Shown here piece after piece: positions 45,431 through 60,140 of a DNA stretch of 64,000 nt (positions are counted from its first letter, which is position 1; every line of letters starts with the position of its first letter). Both the position numbers and the translations under genes were made by a program. The stretch comes from the human T2T-CHM13v2.0 reference genome, Homo sapiens. The stretch lies in the NCBI RefSeq assembly GCF_009914755.1, contig NC_060932.1; one strand, written 5' to 3'. The notes beneath the pieces were generated by a model. That model made no database searches, was not told the DNA's origin, and saw only the letters and a list, made by a program, of their open reading frames with translations.

Positions 45431-47938
45431 AAGTTACTTTTTTGAATCAGTAAATTGAGAACAGTAGTATCTACTCCATCCACCTGCCAGATTGCTGTGA
45501 GGATTGAGTTGTGAATGTGGCTGGAAGTGCTTTGTGCTTAGGGTAGGGGTCATGATAGTCTTTCCTGTCATCAACCTGGGCTGGGAAGAGTCAGCTTTTG
45601 CCAAGAGGAATCAAGCACCTACCGGGTGTTTCTGGGAACAGTTTCCTCAACCCCTAACCCTGGAAGGAGCTTCACTGGCAGAAGAGAGACTGACTTGGAC
45701 ATAGTAAAGGGATTGCTCGGAGGGCAGAGTGAGCAAAGTCCAGGCTCTTTGTCGGTGCCCCATCTGCTTACTTCCGGAGTAAGACCAATCAAGGGGACTA
45801 GGCTCAGATTTCTCACTGAGGGACTGTGGCGCCTTGTAGACAACCACGCTTTTTTTCCCCAGAGTTCAAGCCATGGCAGGGTTCCTGTGCTCCCCACATG
45901 ATGGGCTCCTTATGGGAGCCTCTGCAGGGCGGGGGCAGCATCCTCTTCCCTCCCCACCTGTACTAGTGCCCCAGCCTCCAGGGAGGGTGCCACCAGCCAA
46001 GTCCTGTGGGCCATTCAGAGCCTCTCCTCTCCCCAGGCTCTGCTCTGCGTCCTGGTCTGGTCTGCTGCCCCATGGGGACACTGCAGAGTTTTCCACTGCC
46101 CTAGAGCAGCTTTTCCCAGGGCTCTGCCACTCTGCTTCCCTCATCCTGGGTCTCAGTGCTGTTTTGCTCATCCTGCTCCCAGAGGGCAGCTGCCCACAGA
46201 TGCTCCAGCATGAGAACTTCATTCAGCGACAGTTTGTGATCCTATCACAGAGGTCTGGTGTGCAGCCTCTACTTTGGAACCCCAAAGCACCTGGGCCCAC
46301 CTCACTGGTAGCACATTCCACTTCGCCGTCTCTCTGCCTGTCTCCCACCTTGGACTGTGTGCTTCCTGGGGCAGGGGTGATGTCTCCAGTGCCTGGGTTT
46401 GCTCTGGTACATACCAAGTGCTCAGAGAATGTTTGTTGATGGAATGAAGGACTCCCCTACTAGACAAATGCTTGAGGGATGGACCTCCATAATCACCTTC
46501 GTTTCTTTCTTCATTGCCACATTCGGCATAGTGTCTGGTATCTGGCCAGTGCCCAGGAAATGATTGATTGAATAAATGAATGAAACATGAGGCCAGAGCC
46601 TCCATCAGCTCTGGGCAGGGCTGGGCAGTCTTGCAGGCTGGATCTTGCTGGTGCATCGTCAGTGTCACTAACTCAACACTTACCACAGTGACCTGGCAGT
46701 GGCCATGGGGCCATGTGGGGGCTCCTAAGACAGAGGAGACCCAAGGCCGGGAAACGGCACACTAGACAGAGGGAGCGCAGCTTCTGCAGTTCCCTGTGGC
46801 CTGGCTCCTTCCTTTCTGCTCCTGCTGGAGCAGACAGAGCAGCCCCATCGCTGGGGCCGTGAACCTCGGAGAAATACTCAGATTCCCTGTTGCTCTAAGA
46901 ATAGGCTCAAAGCTGCGTCTTTGAAGATCTTAGCTTTCTGCTCAAAAGCCTTCAGCAACTGAAAGTCTCCAATTCCTAGTCTTCTGTGATGTCCCCCAAA
47001 TCTCTCTCTCTGCTTTTTTTTCTTTTTTCAATTCTCTTCTTCAAACCAGCCGAACAGACTGCTGGGTGTTCTCTGTGTGTCTGGCTCATTTCCTGGCAGC
47101 ATTCTGGATTCCACTGCCTGGACTCCCAGCCCACTGAGTGGGTAGGGAAGCCCTGGGTCACCTGCCCAGATTGAATAGTCGGCCTCAAGGGCTTTCGCTT
47201 TATTCTGGAATGGGTCCCTGTCTGTCTGTTTGTTTCTCACTGGCCCCTCTCTGTCTGCCAAAGGCCAGCAGAACAAGCTTCTTGGCAAGGCTTCCTACTT
47301 CTTAATCCATTTTCACAACCTGTGATTGAACTACGTGCAGTGCAGGTATCAGGATTTAGTGACATCTTTTAATTCTCTATTATTGATGAAAAGTTTTGGT
47401 CTGGAAAGGAAAACTGGCTTTGGGATTGATTTTCATCAGTTTAATTCATCTTCAGTATTGATCAGTGCATATGTTACAGCGAAAGACTAAATCTGGGCTG
47501 TTTCAAAGGAACAGGGAATGTTATTACCAGAGTGTCCAGGTTTGGGGCATTGTCCCAGGACTGTTGACACCTTAGGCATGTCTCACTCTGCCTTGTATGC
47601 CAGTCCTTCATATACAGGTCTTCTTCTCCTCCAAAGACTGTGAGGTCTTTGGAGGCAGGATGCATCTCTGAAATAAACTGACCCCCAAAGACCCAATGTA
47701 GTTCCTAGCACATAGGTGACCCTCTGCCAGTGTTTGCTTAAGTGCGGTCTCCAGAGTTCATCAAAGCCCTTAATTATTATGCATCAGGAGGGATCCCAAT
47801 ACTCAACTCATAAAAGGACACATGGATTCCACAGGGACTCGGATTTTGGGAAAGGTGACGATATCAATCAGACAAGCTAATGAATGATTGCCTTTCTCAG
47901 GAAAAGATAGACAGGACCCTAAGTCTGAAATGTGCTAA

Positions 47939-48264
<326 letters not shown>

Positions 48265-48565
48265 TAGCATGTGGGGGCAACTTTGGCAGGCAGCCTCAGG
48301 CACAGTTCAGACACTCTGGCCACACCTGTTTTGCCCTCTGACCACCAGTGTACCCCCACCCTGACCCATGTGTTGTTGCCTGGCAGGGGTGGCCCCCACC
48401 TTCTCTACCCAGAGTCCCAGGGGCATGGAGTTCTCTCCCTTCTCTCTCCACTCAACATGAGACGTGTGGACTTGTGGCTTCATCAGTGCAAGATGCATGA
48501 CCTTGGGCAAGTCTCATAACTTTCTGTAAGCCTGCACATTTCCTTGTGCAATGTGGTTGTTGAGA

Positions 48566-48858
48566 GGAGCTCTGCTGCCTCTCCAACAGACCTTACCAAA
48601 ACAGAGAGGGGGTGGAGCCCTGCTGTCTCTCCAGCAGACCTTACCAAAACAGAGAGGGGGTGGAGCCCTGCTGTCTCTCCAGCAGACCTTACCAAAACAG
48701 AGAGGGGGTGGAGCCCTGCTGCCTCTCCAGCAGACCTTACCAAAACAGAGAGGGGGTGGAGCCCTGCTGCCTCTCCAGCAGACCTTACCAAAACAGAGAG
48801 GGGGTGGAGCCCTGCTGCCTCTCCAGCAGACCTTATCAAAACAGAGAGGGGGTGGAGC
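48566..48858. repeat. Minisatellite/VNTR, 48-bp unit x6.1
   Basis: Unit GGAGCCCTGCTG(C/T)CTCTCCAGCAGACCTTACCAAAACAGAGAGGGGGT; near-identical copies. Confidence 0.98.
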
Positions 48859-49309
48859 TGAGAGGACGGTATTGGCTGTACAGGTGATTTCTCATCACTG
48901 ATGTGGGTTGACTGTTGGGTGCCAGAGGGTTAGCTAGAGATGCGGTCACCACAGAGAGCTTGCTCCTCTGGGAAACAGTCAACCCACACACTGGCTTTTG
49001 GACACATTGTGTTAAAAAAAATTGGGTGTTTTCTATGTATTTATCTTGGCTGTGTGTTTGTATATTATTCTGGACTTCGAGCTCTTTGGAGGTCTATATA
49101 TGATCTGATTTTCTTGGTGTAGTGCATATATTCAGAGGACACAGTATTAGGAAAGGAAGAGTGAATTCCCTGTGATGTGAACAGAGAGGACTTTCACTTG
49201 GGTTATTGCCCAGTGGGGAGAGGGTGCTGGGCCACCTTAAATCACCTTCTTGGGTCCCAGCCTGACCTTGGGCCTCGTATTCATTTGCTAAGACCATCAT
49301 AACAAACAA

Positions 49310-49557
49310 CATAGACTTGGGGCTCATAGACTCGGGGCTCATAGACTCCGGGCTCATGGCCTCGGGGCTCATAGACTCGGGGCTCATGGACTCGGGGCTC
49401 ATGGACTCGGGGCCCATGGACTCGGGGCTGATAGACTCGGGGCTCATGGACTCGGGGCTCATGGACTCGGGGCTCATGGACTCGGGGCTCATAGACTCGG
49501 GGCTCATGGACTCGGGGCTCATAGACTCGGGGCTCATGGACTCGGGGCTCATAGACT
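49310..49557. repeat. Minisatellite/VNTR, 15-bp unit x~16.5
   Basis: Unit CAT(A/G)GACTCGGGGCT; yields the (MSPES)n and (MDSGL)n ORFs. Confidence 0.98.
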
Positions 49558-49559
49558 TA

Positions 49560-49796
<237 letters not shown>

Positions 49797-52700
49797 CTAA
49801 ATGCTGAGCAATGACCACACACCCGTGAGGAAGCTGTGCCTGGGCTGAGACCTCACACCACCTCACTGCTTTGCCCACCCAGGGTCCAGCTTTGAGAATG
49901 TGATATGAGTATCCATTAACAAACATTTGCTTTGTTCACGACCCTGTTCCAGTGAATGAGATGAACTGGCCAGGAGGAGATGGCCAACCCTCTGTGTCAC
50001 CACAGCCGTACCCACTGTGTGCCAGTGACTATGTAGCTTCTTGGGATAGCGCCCCAGTGATGGGTTGGTTGATTTGTTCATTCATTCCTTGATATTCTTA
50101 CCTGCCATGTACTCTTGGTCTGGTGGGTTCAGCAGGAGGAATGAGGGGCAGCGGGCAGGAAGGCAGAAGGCTTCCGTCTTGATCCTTGGTTTTCCAGTAA
50201 GCTGGGAGATCTTGGGCAAGTCACCTAATTATTGATTCACGATCTCTAAATTAGGAAGCCTTTTCTACTTTGCCTCCTATGTAAGGATTTTATGAAGTTC
50301 AAATGGAATCATCTGTATAAGTGTTTTATAAACTGTGAAGTGCTATGTAAATGTGAGGAATCATTACATTCACATTTTTATCCCATTTGACCTCCTGCTG
50401 TTTTGCCCATTGGGATCTACTAGTGAGGCACTGGCATATTTCAGGATGGAACCAGCCTAAAGACTAGCTTTGGGGAGAGCCTGCTCACTCATTACCTGGT
50501 TTTGTGTTTCTTTATTTTGCTTTGCTTTTTAACCACCACCACCCCAAATTGCCCCTTTCTGATCTTCTCCTCCTACCCAAAAATAGGTCCTAAACCCTCA
50601 AAGTTTCTGGTTCTTGACTACATATGTGAAATCTAGCAAAAATGTTCCTTTAGAGTCACTGAGGAAATATTTTTTTCAGTGAAGTGTACTGCTACAAACC
50701 CAGCTTCTCTCTTTTACCTAAACCTCTCAGCAGGGATTGATGAGGCGTGGATGAATAACATCCATGTTCTACAAAAACATAAACCAAGACGCAGGGCAAA
50801 TACATGAGTAGTGACAGTCCTGGAGACTACGGGGACCCTAGATGAAAGACTCTTGTCCTCCAGCACTGCCCTGAGGGTCTTCTTTGTATTTCTCACACAT
50901 CTGTGTTGTCAGGACTCCCATGTCCAGAACCCAGAAGCCAAAACTGTGGGGCCAGGGGAAGGAAGAGTTCTGCTTAATTCATGGCTCAACTTCAGAAGAT
51001 CCCTTTAGGAAACACTGCTTGGGAAATGCCTGCAGAAGGGCGGAAGTCATGAGGCAGCCTGGCCTCTATTGACTAATCCTTGGGTCAATATCAAGGCCCT
51101 CCTGAGAACATTAAAATACCCAAGGTTGACTCCGATAGTTTTTCTCTGATGTTTTCCTAGAAGCTCTCCTGTCACAAAGCTTAGCCTGTCAGTGAGTCTG
51201 GGCCACGCCGCATGCTACATCCCCTTCTTGGAAATCCAGTTGCACAGTAGTGCACTGAAGGCTCTGGAGGCTCTGCAGTAAAGAAATCTTGACCCCTGAA
51301 CTCTCTTGCACCTATGTTCCCCTCTCCCTCTTTATTCTGTTTGCTTATTGATCCTCTCTGGAGCCCTCTTCTGGAAATGTCAGTGGGCTGATGGCACTCT
51401 AGGGTGCTTTCTTTTATGCTCAGCTTGGGGGCAGGGGAAGATGGCAGTTGGGGTTAGGGGTATGCCTCTTACATGACCCATCATGAGGGTCATCAGAGGA
51501 AGTGGAGGAGGAGAGCAGACAGGGGGCACAGCCATGTGAGCTGAAGCCTGTATGACCCCGAGGTGTGGCAACACAGGCTCTGGCCAGGCTCCAGGGAGGG
51601 CCTTGCGGGAGAGATACTGTGGGTGGAGTCAGTGGAGACCGGGAGAGCTGGCATCCTCTGGTGGGGGATGGACCAGGGGGGCTGCTTCTGCTTCAGACTG
51701 AGAAAGAACCCCAGGGCTTCTGGGAGGCAGAAGGCCAGAGTCGGTCCCTCCAAATGTAGATTTTTTTTTTTTTTGGCATATCTTTTCAGGTTGGAGAGTG
51801 GAACCTGCCTGCCTTATCAAAGACAGTGGGGCCTCTACTCTTTATCCCAGTAAGGAGGATCCTAGGGCCATGTTTCTGGGCTGAGCCGCCCCACTTGATG
51901 GCAGTGATTGTGGTATCGGTCTCAGCTCTGCTGATGGGGCAAGACTGGGGGAAGGGAAAACATGGAAGGCCCGGTAATCACTCTTGTAAGTTAGCCACAA
52001 TCAGGACCCCGAGGTTGGGCTGGCCATGGAGCAGTGGGAGAAGTGCCCCATTGAAAAGGAGCAGCCTGGGGAGGGGCAGATGGGAGAATGTAGGTGCAGG
52101 AGTGGATTCGGATCAAGGGAGGAGATTCTTCCTGACGGGTGCCTTTCTGAAGGAAGAAATCAGTTATGACCAGTTTAGCAGGCACCGAGGGGGCAGGGCC
52201 CACCTTGGCCAGGGGTGGGCTGTTCGCTGGTGGGAGCCCATGTGGGTGTCACACCATCAGTGTCCAGCTGGCTGGGTTGGCTGCAGCTCCTGTAGGAGCC
52301 TGTGTTCCTGGGAAGCCTCTCTCTGGTGAAAGGCAAGGTGGGCAGGCTGTGTGCAGAGGAGAAACCCACGCTGCCCATGTCCACACAGCTGTGTGGGCAC
52401 CAGGACCTGCCGAGATGCCATCCCAGGCTGCCTGAAGCAGTAGCTTTCTGCAGAAGAGACAGGGAGGAGAAAGCATTGTGCAGGCACGGAGCAGCAGGCA
52501 GGGAAAAGAAGGGATTTTAGTAGATGGCAGGGAAAACAGGGCAAGAAAAAAATGGGAAATGGCTCAAGAATTGTCAGGGTCCCAAACATCTGTGTCAGGA
52601 CACTAATGGCATTTGGGCAGGACAGTCCTTCATGGAGGGGACCATTGCTCACTGAGAGATGTTCAGCCTGCCCAGCCCCCCACCCACCGTATCCCAGGGA

Positions 52701-55700
52701 TGCCCTTACTCAGTCATCAAGATGACCATAGCCGCCCCCAGGCTGCCTCTAGAGGAGGTGGTCACCAAGGCCCCCTTATCTCCGACGGTCTGAGATGATG
52801 GAGCTGGGAGGGGCCCTGGGAGGGCGAGGACAGCCACTGGGCACTCAGTCTCCAACTCTAGGGCCACAAAGAGCAGATGGGCTGGGAGAGGCTGTTGAAG
52901 GTGAGTTTTTCCCTAAATCAACACACCACTATTGAGTCAGGTGCTGAGGCCGGCCCTGGAGACAGGAGGAAAAGTCAAATGTGACCCTGAACCCCAGGGA
53001 GCTCAGAATCTAGCAGGAGAGGTGGACGAGCAACAGCAACCACCCCACATTCACTCACTATGCAGACCGATGAGGGCATCCTGTCACAGCATTACCCAGT
53101 GAGCATGGGCGCGGCTGCAGTCATGGGGAGACCCCCAGGCTCAGTGGTGCAACCCCAGAGCAGTCCTGTGTTCCAGCTGGTAGATGGGGCAAAAAGTGGG
53201 AGGCACATCCACCTCTGAAACGCCTGCTCTTGGAAGTGGCAGAGACTCCTCTCCCCATTCTCTGGACCTGCCATGTGGCCACATCCAGCTTCAGGGAGTT
53301 TGGGGAGGGGGCCCGGAAAGAAGAGGAAACTGTGTGTGGGCACACACCAACCACCTGTCTCAACTCCCCTCAGCTGGTAACAGGAAGAGAATCAGCACTG
53401 TGGGTGGATTTTTCTCCTGGAGAATCTTTACCTTTCAAGAAATGTCTATTATCGCTTGGCCCATGTCTAAGATAAATAATGTTTCACTGTGAGACATAGT
53501 CAATAACCACCAAAATATTTTACTAATTTAGAATCCTAGAACGTTAAGGCTCAAAAAGCCCTCAGGGATGGTCCAGTTCAACCCTTTTGATGTTCAAATG
53601 GGACTCTGATGCTTCGAGGAGAAGTGCCTGGGTTGAGATCACCCGGGTGGGGGGCTCTGCCCAGGCTGCCACAGTGGCTGCTCCAGGTGTCCGGGAGGCA
53701 AGGGAATCCACAGAGGATGCAAGCTCAAGCCAAATGTGCAGGTTTATTTTAGGACCTCAAGCTGCCGCCCCAGGCTCTTGCCCTTGCCCCTGCTGGGAGA
53801 GTCAGAGCCGCCTCCTCCTCCTCAGTCAGAATGACTCAGATGCCCGCGTCAGACATTCTCCCCTCCCCACCAGCCTGGGTGACGTCTCTCCGAAACTGTC
53901 TGCTCCCTAAGACACAGCTTACAGGCAAGATGAAGCAGTGTCGCACAGCCCTGTCGCCTCACTCATCCTGCCCTCAGGTCTTGTTTCTGCCTCTTCACAG
54001 CACCACCCCCATGAAGCTTCCACATGCACCTCTGCAGACCCATCTCGCACGATGCAGTGGGAGCGAGCCCTTGTGGTGAGGTGACAACGGCCCACATATC
54101 CCTCAGTGCTGGGGGATGGGAGTGTGGGTTCCGGGGACCACTGTGTGCAGACACCTGTAGCTCAGGTGGGCCTCTCGACTGTTCCCCCAGCCTGTTGCAG
54201 GTGGGGAGAGTAAGGTCTGGTTTTTGAAGACCTGGATGTACGTCTTCGGTGAGCTGCTTGAGCCTCAGCTGCCTCATCTAGAAAATGGCCACAATGATTG
54301 TAATGCCTCAAAGAACAGTGTATGAGAATGTGATTTGTAAACTCTAAAGTGCTGTCCACGTGCTTTGGAGGAAAAGCTTTCCTCAGGACTGGCCTCGTGA
54401 GCTGGTCAAGCAGACTGTGGGACTGGGGCTGTCTTGATTGATTGCTGACTTTGAGTCAGCCTGGGCGGGTGACGTCTCTATTGGATAAATGTGAAAACCA
54501 AGGCTCAGAGTGGTTAAGCCACATCCACAAAGGTGCAGAGCCTGCCAGGAGGCAGAACCACAACTAGAATGGAGCAGCTCTGTCACTGTACAGTCCAGGA
54601 CTTGGTGGCTTATGTCCAAAATCAAGAACAGACAATGTTTCACCAGGGACAGAAATGTCAGTGTATTCCTGAAGATGCAATAGAAATGGTGGGAGGCAGA
54701 AAAATTGAGCAGACAGAAATGAAGGCTAAAAATAGTCTGTTTCGAACAGGCAGAGACCAGATCAGTTTGACAGGAGAGAGGGGGTGAGAAGGTTGTCCAG
54801 GACTCTGGAATGTGCCTCCCTTGGGCAGAGGCAAGCCACAGGGAGGGCTGTCTTAGAGATAAGAAGGGCTGCTGATTGCTAAAGAACCCATGGGTGCAAT
54901 TCCCTGGAAGGAAAACTGAAGCAACGGAAAACGCCAAAGTCAGGGTGCATTTGGGGGATGCCAAAGAAGGCGGGGCTTCAAGATGGCAGGGACTTCAGAG
55001 AATGCAGAGCCCCCTCTTCCCCAACCCCTTTGCCATTTTATAGCTGGCTAAACTGAAGCTTGAAGAGTGACTTACCCAGGAACCCAGGTACTGTGGGCAC
55101 ACATCCATTGCTTAGCCCTGCCACATTGCCATGTTTATGGGGCACCTACGACGTGCTCAGTTGCTAGGGAAAAACGCCACTGCCTATTTGAGGACAGCTG
55201 CTGTGTAGTAGGAAGGCAGGAGCCAGCCCTGGGCTCAGCGGAGGATATTCCAGTTCCCAGGCTGAGTTATCAGGAAAGGCTCCGGAAGAGACCGGACTTT
55301 AGCCCGGCTTGGAGGGAAAGATGGAGTTCACGTGGAATGAGAGGAAGGAGTAAGTTGTTCGCAAGCCAGGAAAGAATACTAACCTTCTCGAGGCTGTCTC
55401 CCAAAGCAGGGATTTCCCAGGATAAAAAAAAAAACGTATTAAGCAAAAATGCAAATAGAGTGAAAGAAAAAAAAATAAGTAGATGAGACTGCAGTTGGTG
55501 TGGCTGATATGACGCTCATCACGGCCACAGAACCTAAATGCCTGGGAAACGTTGCATCCAAGGATAAAGTAATGTCCTCAGTGCAGGCAGAGAGCTGGGT
55601 CATATGACGAAGCCACCGAATGGTGGAGCTGGCCAAGGATTTTGAAGATTACATGATAGAACCCCTGGAGAGTTTTTCTAAAGAATAAGGGAACTGACAA

Positions 55701-57481
55701 GATCCATAAGACAACTTCCTCTCATGGTTCATAGTTACGAAGTGACTATCTTGTAACTGTGGTTAGAAAAAATTCAGCTCTATAATCCTGTGTTTCCTTC
55801 TTTGCCATGGGTGCCGGGGAGCTCAGAGCTAAAGTATGTACTCCATTGTGTTCATTACCATGAGTCTAGCCTTTTAAAAGAAAGTTATAGTCAGTCTTCC
55901 TTCCACACACATATCCCATTTAGCATGTCTTGTCTTTATTTTTACAATAATGATTTTTTTAAATTTTATGCTGTGTCATATCCTTTTAGCAAATAGGCAG
56001 GATGTAAAGAAATATTTTTAAAGTAGTTCAAAGACTTTCTACAAGAGTAACAAAGAGTATAGACAAGTACAGTATGCTTTCTAGTTTTAACCATTGAGGT
56101 TTTTGTCACTTCTTCTGTTTTCCTTTTTGCTTTGTCTTTAACGCTATTTGCACTTAGCTCAGGGTTCCATTTTGTGCCCAGTGACAATAAGTATCCTTAA
56201 CCTGGGATACATAGATTCATGGACCTTGCCATTTCCTACAGTGGCTCACATTCTTTCACGTTACAAGTTATTTTTATTATTTGTGTGCCTTCTGTTGTGA
56301 ACGATTACAATTCTTTTCGGAAGTGGAAGAATTATAAATGCCTGGAGGGAAAAGAGAATGAAAGAATAGAGTATGCAAGTATCTGAAATGTCTGAGGAAA
56401 CTTGACAGAAGTTGATTTATATTTGACAGATGGCAGAAAATGAAAAGTTTAATGAGGGAAAAGCTGAGAACAAGTCAGTGACAATTCTTGCGGTATGCTT
56501 TTGACTAAGCACTTTATTTCTTTCTATAAATTATTCTGCTTCCTTTCTTTTAAGATGTTGGGGGCTTTCTTCCCTCTTGGCACGATAACGGATTAGGAAC
56601 TATGTGATCAGATGATGGCCCATGACCACGAGGGGTAGAAGAGTCAGGATGAAACAGCTGGTTAAACAGTTTTAGTTTGTTTTTCACAAGGCTCTAATTA
56701 ACTGAGGCAGAGATGGACAGGAATGGAAAGGAAAGCTTTAGCCTCTCTTTCCTAGCTGAAAGATCAATGGGGAGGGAGTGTGTCTCAGAAAATAAGTGGG
56801 GTTGTGTTTGGAGCACTGGGAAGGGAGGAAATGCATGAAAGATGAAACCATTTATTGGGAAAGAAACAGGAAATGGGGCAGAGCAGAGTGAGACTGTAGG
56901 ACGCAGGAAAGCAACACGAGGAAGTGATACATGAAAGAGAGAGAACCCAAACGCAGTAGAAAGGGAAGGACTGATGGATGTTGATATAGAAGAGAACTTC
57001 GGAAGGTTGTATGAAATAGAGGCGGAACAAGGCACTCAGTAAGCTTTTTGTCAGACCCGATGGCAAGTTCAGAAGATTGAGGGAAATTATTAGCTTGAGG
57101 AAAAAGTTCAAAGAGAAAGAGATGCATTCTGGGGCCATCAGTTAAATCCCAGTGTCGAGTAGCCTCTATGGGGAGATTTGACGAACAGCAAATGGAGAGT
57201 ATCTGTGGCCAGGTGCAAGTTGCAGGTGGGAAAGAGAATGGGGGGATTCCAAAAAATGTTACTGAGCCAAGCGTATCAGGAATTCTTAGAACTCCTCATC
57301 TCCGTGGATGTTCCTGGCATCGGCCTCTCCCCATATATTAAAATTTAACCCTTACTGGTACCTCCCCTACCCAAGCCAGGCTTGCCAGCCATGTTTTGCA
57401 TATACATGTTTGTGCTGGACTAATGCTGGGTGCTGTAATAATAGATCAATGCCATAACATAATCTCAGTAGCGTAATAGGA

Positions 57482-57935
57482 CTTTTTTTTTTTTTTTTGA
57501 GACAGGGCCTTGCTCTGTCACCTGGGGAGCTGGGGAGGAATAATGCAGAGGTGAGATGGTGAGATCGTAGCTCAGTGCAGCCTCCAACTCCTGGATGCAA
57601 GTGATCCTCCCACCTCAGCCTCCCAAGTAGCTAGGACTACAGGTTCACACCACCACACCTGGCTAATTTTGTTTTGTGGGATTTTTTTTTTTTTACTTTT
57701 TGTTCTTTCTTTACATTTTTTTAACTTTGATTTGTTTTTCTTTATTAGTTCTGTCCCTCTGAAGACAAGCTAATCTTATTTTATGTTACCTTATTTATTT
57801 ATTTATTTATTTAGGTAGAGACGGGGTCTCACTTATGTTGTCCAGGCTGGTTTTGAACTCCTGGCCTCAAGTGATCTTCCTGCTTTGGTCTTCTATGGCA
57901 GTAGGATTACAGCCATGAGCCACTGCACCCAGCCT
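57482..57935 (-). mobile_element. AluJ-type with expanded/inserted central linker; TSD TAATAGGA(C/T)TT
   Basis: Both arms present, ~150-bp T-rich middle. Confidence 0.9.
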
Positions 57936-57939
57936 TAAT

Positions 57940-58285
57940 AGGATTTAAATTTATTCCTTGTCCATATAGGAGTCCAAATGCCAATTTGTGGCTGGCATTC
58001 CATGTGAGGATTCAAGAACCCAGGCTCCTCCATCCTCCATCTCCAGGGGCTCTGGAGTCCTTCACTTCTAGCCAATGCATGAAGAAAGAGAATAGAGAAT
58101 TACCTGTGGGGGAATTTCAGTACGACGTCTGGAAGGGACACCCACTTCCACTCACCTCCCATTGGCTAGAACTCAGGCGCACGGCCACGCTGATTGCCAA
58201 GGAGGCTGGGAGGTGGGGCTGGCTCTGTGCCCAGGGAAAAGAGAGAACAATTTCTGTAAGTACGTAGCTGTTTATGTCACAGTAT
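57940..58285. mobile_element. MLT1-type LTR relic
   Basis: acccaggctcctccatc...cacctcccattggctagaactcag...aaggaggctgggag..tgtgcccagg. Confidence 0.6.
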
Positions 58286-59531
58286 TTAAAAAAAGAGTTT
58301 GTTCCATAAAATAGATGAAACTCTAACTAAAAACCAGATCACATTAAAGAGTAATTATGTTTACTATTGTGGGATTCTTTGCTTTTAAAAGATCTAGATA
58401 AATTGTTTTAACTAGAAGCTCTCCCTTGCTAGTGCATTTAATCAGCCAATCAGCCCCTGTTTTGCCTGGGTCTTTGCTGGATCGGGCAGGTAGAGGAGAG
58501 ATGGTGATAATGAAATACCTCCTGACCTCATGGAGCTGGATGTATTGGTGTGTGTGCATTTGATTTATAAGATCTTACTAGGGAGATAAGGAGAGTTGGG
58601 GCTAAATGAAGGAACATACAAATAAAGGCATCAACCTAGGAGGAGATCTGATTCCATTTATAAATATTCGGCTTACAGATCATATGTCACAGTTGGCCCC
58701 CTGGGTCTTTTGAGAAGCCTGCAGCTCCTCCCCACTCTCTGGCCTTGGCTCCCAGGCCTCTTGGCATGTGATAGTTTGTGTTGCTCTCTGTGGTCCACTT
58801 CCCCCAGCGCCTGGGCACGGACTAGCCCAGGGCAGGATGGGCCGATGTGTGCAGCTTCTCCTCTTGTCCTGTCATACTTCCAGATGGGATATTATTTGCT
58901 GTCTGCTGTCAGGTCTGGTTTCTCTGAGCATCCTGGTTTTCCCATCCTGTCTGTCCCATGGAATGCAGTGCTTTCAGATGATTTTCCCCTGGATGTATGA
59001 GCCAGTCACTGTCCTGGTTTCACCCTGTTAGAATTCTTGCCTTCTCTTTGGAGGGAGGAGCAGGGCCAGCCGAGGGACACAGGCAGGGAAGCTAAGAGCA
59101 GCAGCAGCTGATGCTGGCCGCGTCCTTGCCTGACCCAAGCACACAGACTCATTTTAACAGCCTCCAGTGATGTCCTCGCCCCATCACCGATGGCTGCCCT
59201 CCTGCCTCTTCTTCAGCCCAGCCCCCTTCCTTCTTCTCATTCTTTGGGCCAAGTGGGTTTAATGGGCTGGCCTCGTCCTGGGCTTCTGCTCCTGGAAGAG
59301 GGGAATGGATGTTTAATTCTCTTTCCTCTGTACTTTCACAGCCCCCAGGACATGCCCTCCCACCAGGCCAGGGTGGTCTTTCAGGGCATGTTGAATGAAT
59401 GAATGAATGAATGAATGAACGGATGTGCATGAGGGAGACACTCACCCAGACAGGCCTGTGCTTCTGCAACATGGGATTGTCAGATGGTGGCTTTTAGTCA
59501 CAGTGTCTGTTCCCATTTTTACTGGTTCAGA

Positions 59532-59832
59532 AATTTTTTTTTTTTTGAGACAGGGTCTCACTCTGTCACCCTGACTGGCATGCAGTGGCATGATCACAAC
59601 TCACTGCATCCTCAGCCTCCCCAGGTTCAGGTGATCCTCCCACCTCAGCCTCCACAGTAGCTGGGACTACAGGTGCACACCATCACGCCTGGCTAATTTT
59701 TGTATCTTTTTGTAGAGATGGGGTTTTGCCATGTTGCCCAGGCTGGGCTCAAACTCCTGGGGCTCAAGCAATCCTCTCACCTGGGCCTCCCAAAGTGCCA
59801 AGATTACAGGTGTGAGCCACCACACCCAGCCG
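59532..59832 (-). mobile_element. Alu (AluJ-type)
   Basis: Reversed Alu; TTCAGAA(A)TTT flanks. Confidence 0.92.
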
Positions 59833-59989
59833 ATTCAGAATTTTGAAAACAGCACTCTCCAAGTGGACATCTATTCTGCTTTAGCCCCAGCAAGGAACCT
59901 TTGCCATTCATGGTGCTGTGTCCCAGCTGTTTCATCCAGAGCTGGCAGACGGGCCATCTCCAACCCTCAGCCCTAGGTAGACGTTGGCT

Positions 59990-60140
59990 TCAGAATACAG
60001 GCTTTAGACCTGGCTCCAAACCCAGCCTTGGAGATGTTGGGCAAGTTGTTTCTCCTTGTTGAGCCATTATCTGTAAAATGGGGATAGGGGATAAGAATAT
60101 TTACCCTTCATCAGGGTTTGTATCAGGATTAAAAGAGGTA
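59990..60140. mobile_element. MIR relic
   Basis: ttgggcaagtt...atctgtaaaatggggata...ggattaaa core. Confidence 0.6.

Noticed and set aside
48566-48858. CRISPR-like array (repeats with an internal palindrome)
   Set aside because: No unique spacers, units are contiguous, no cas genes, primate context; it is a minisatellite
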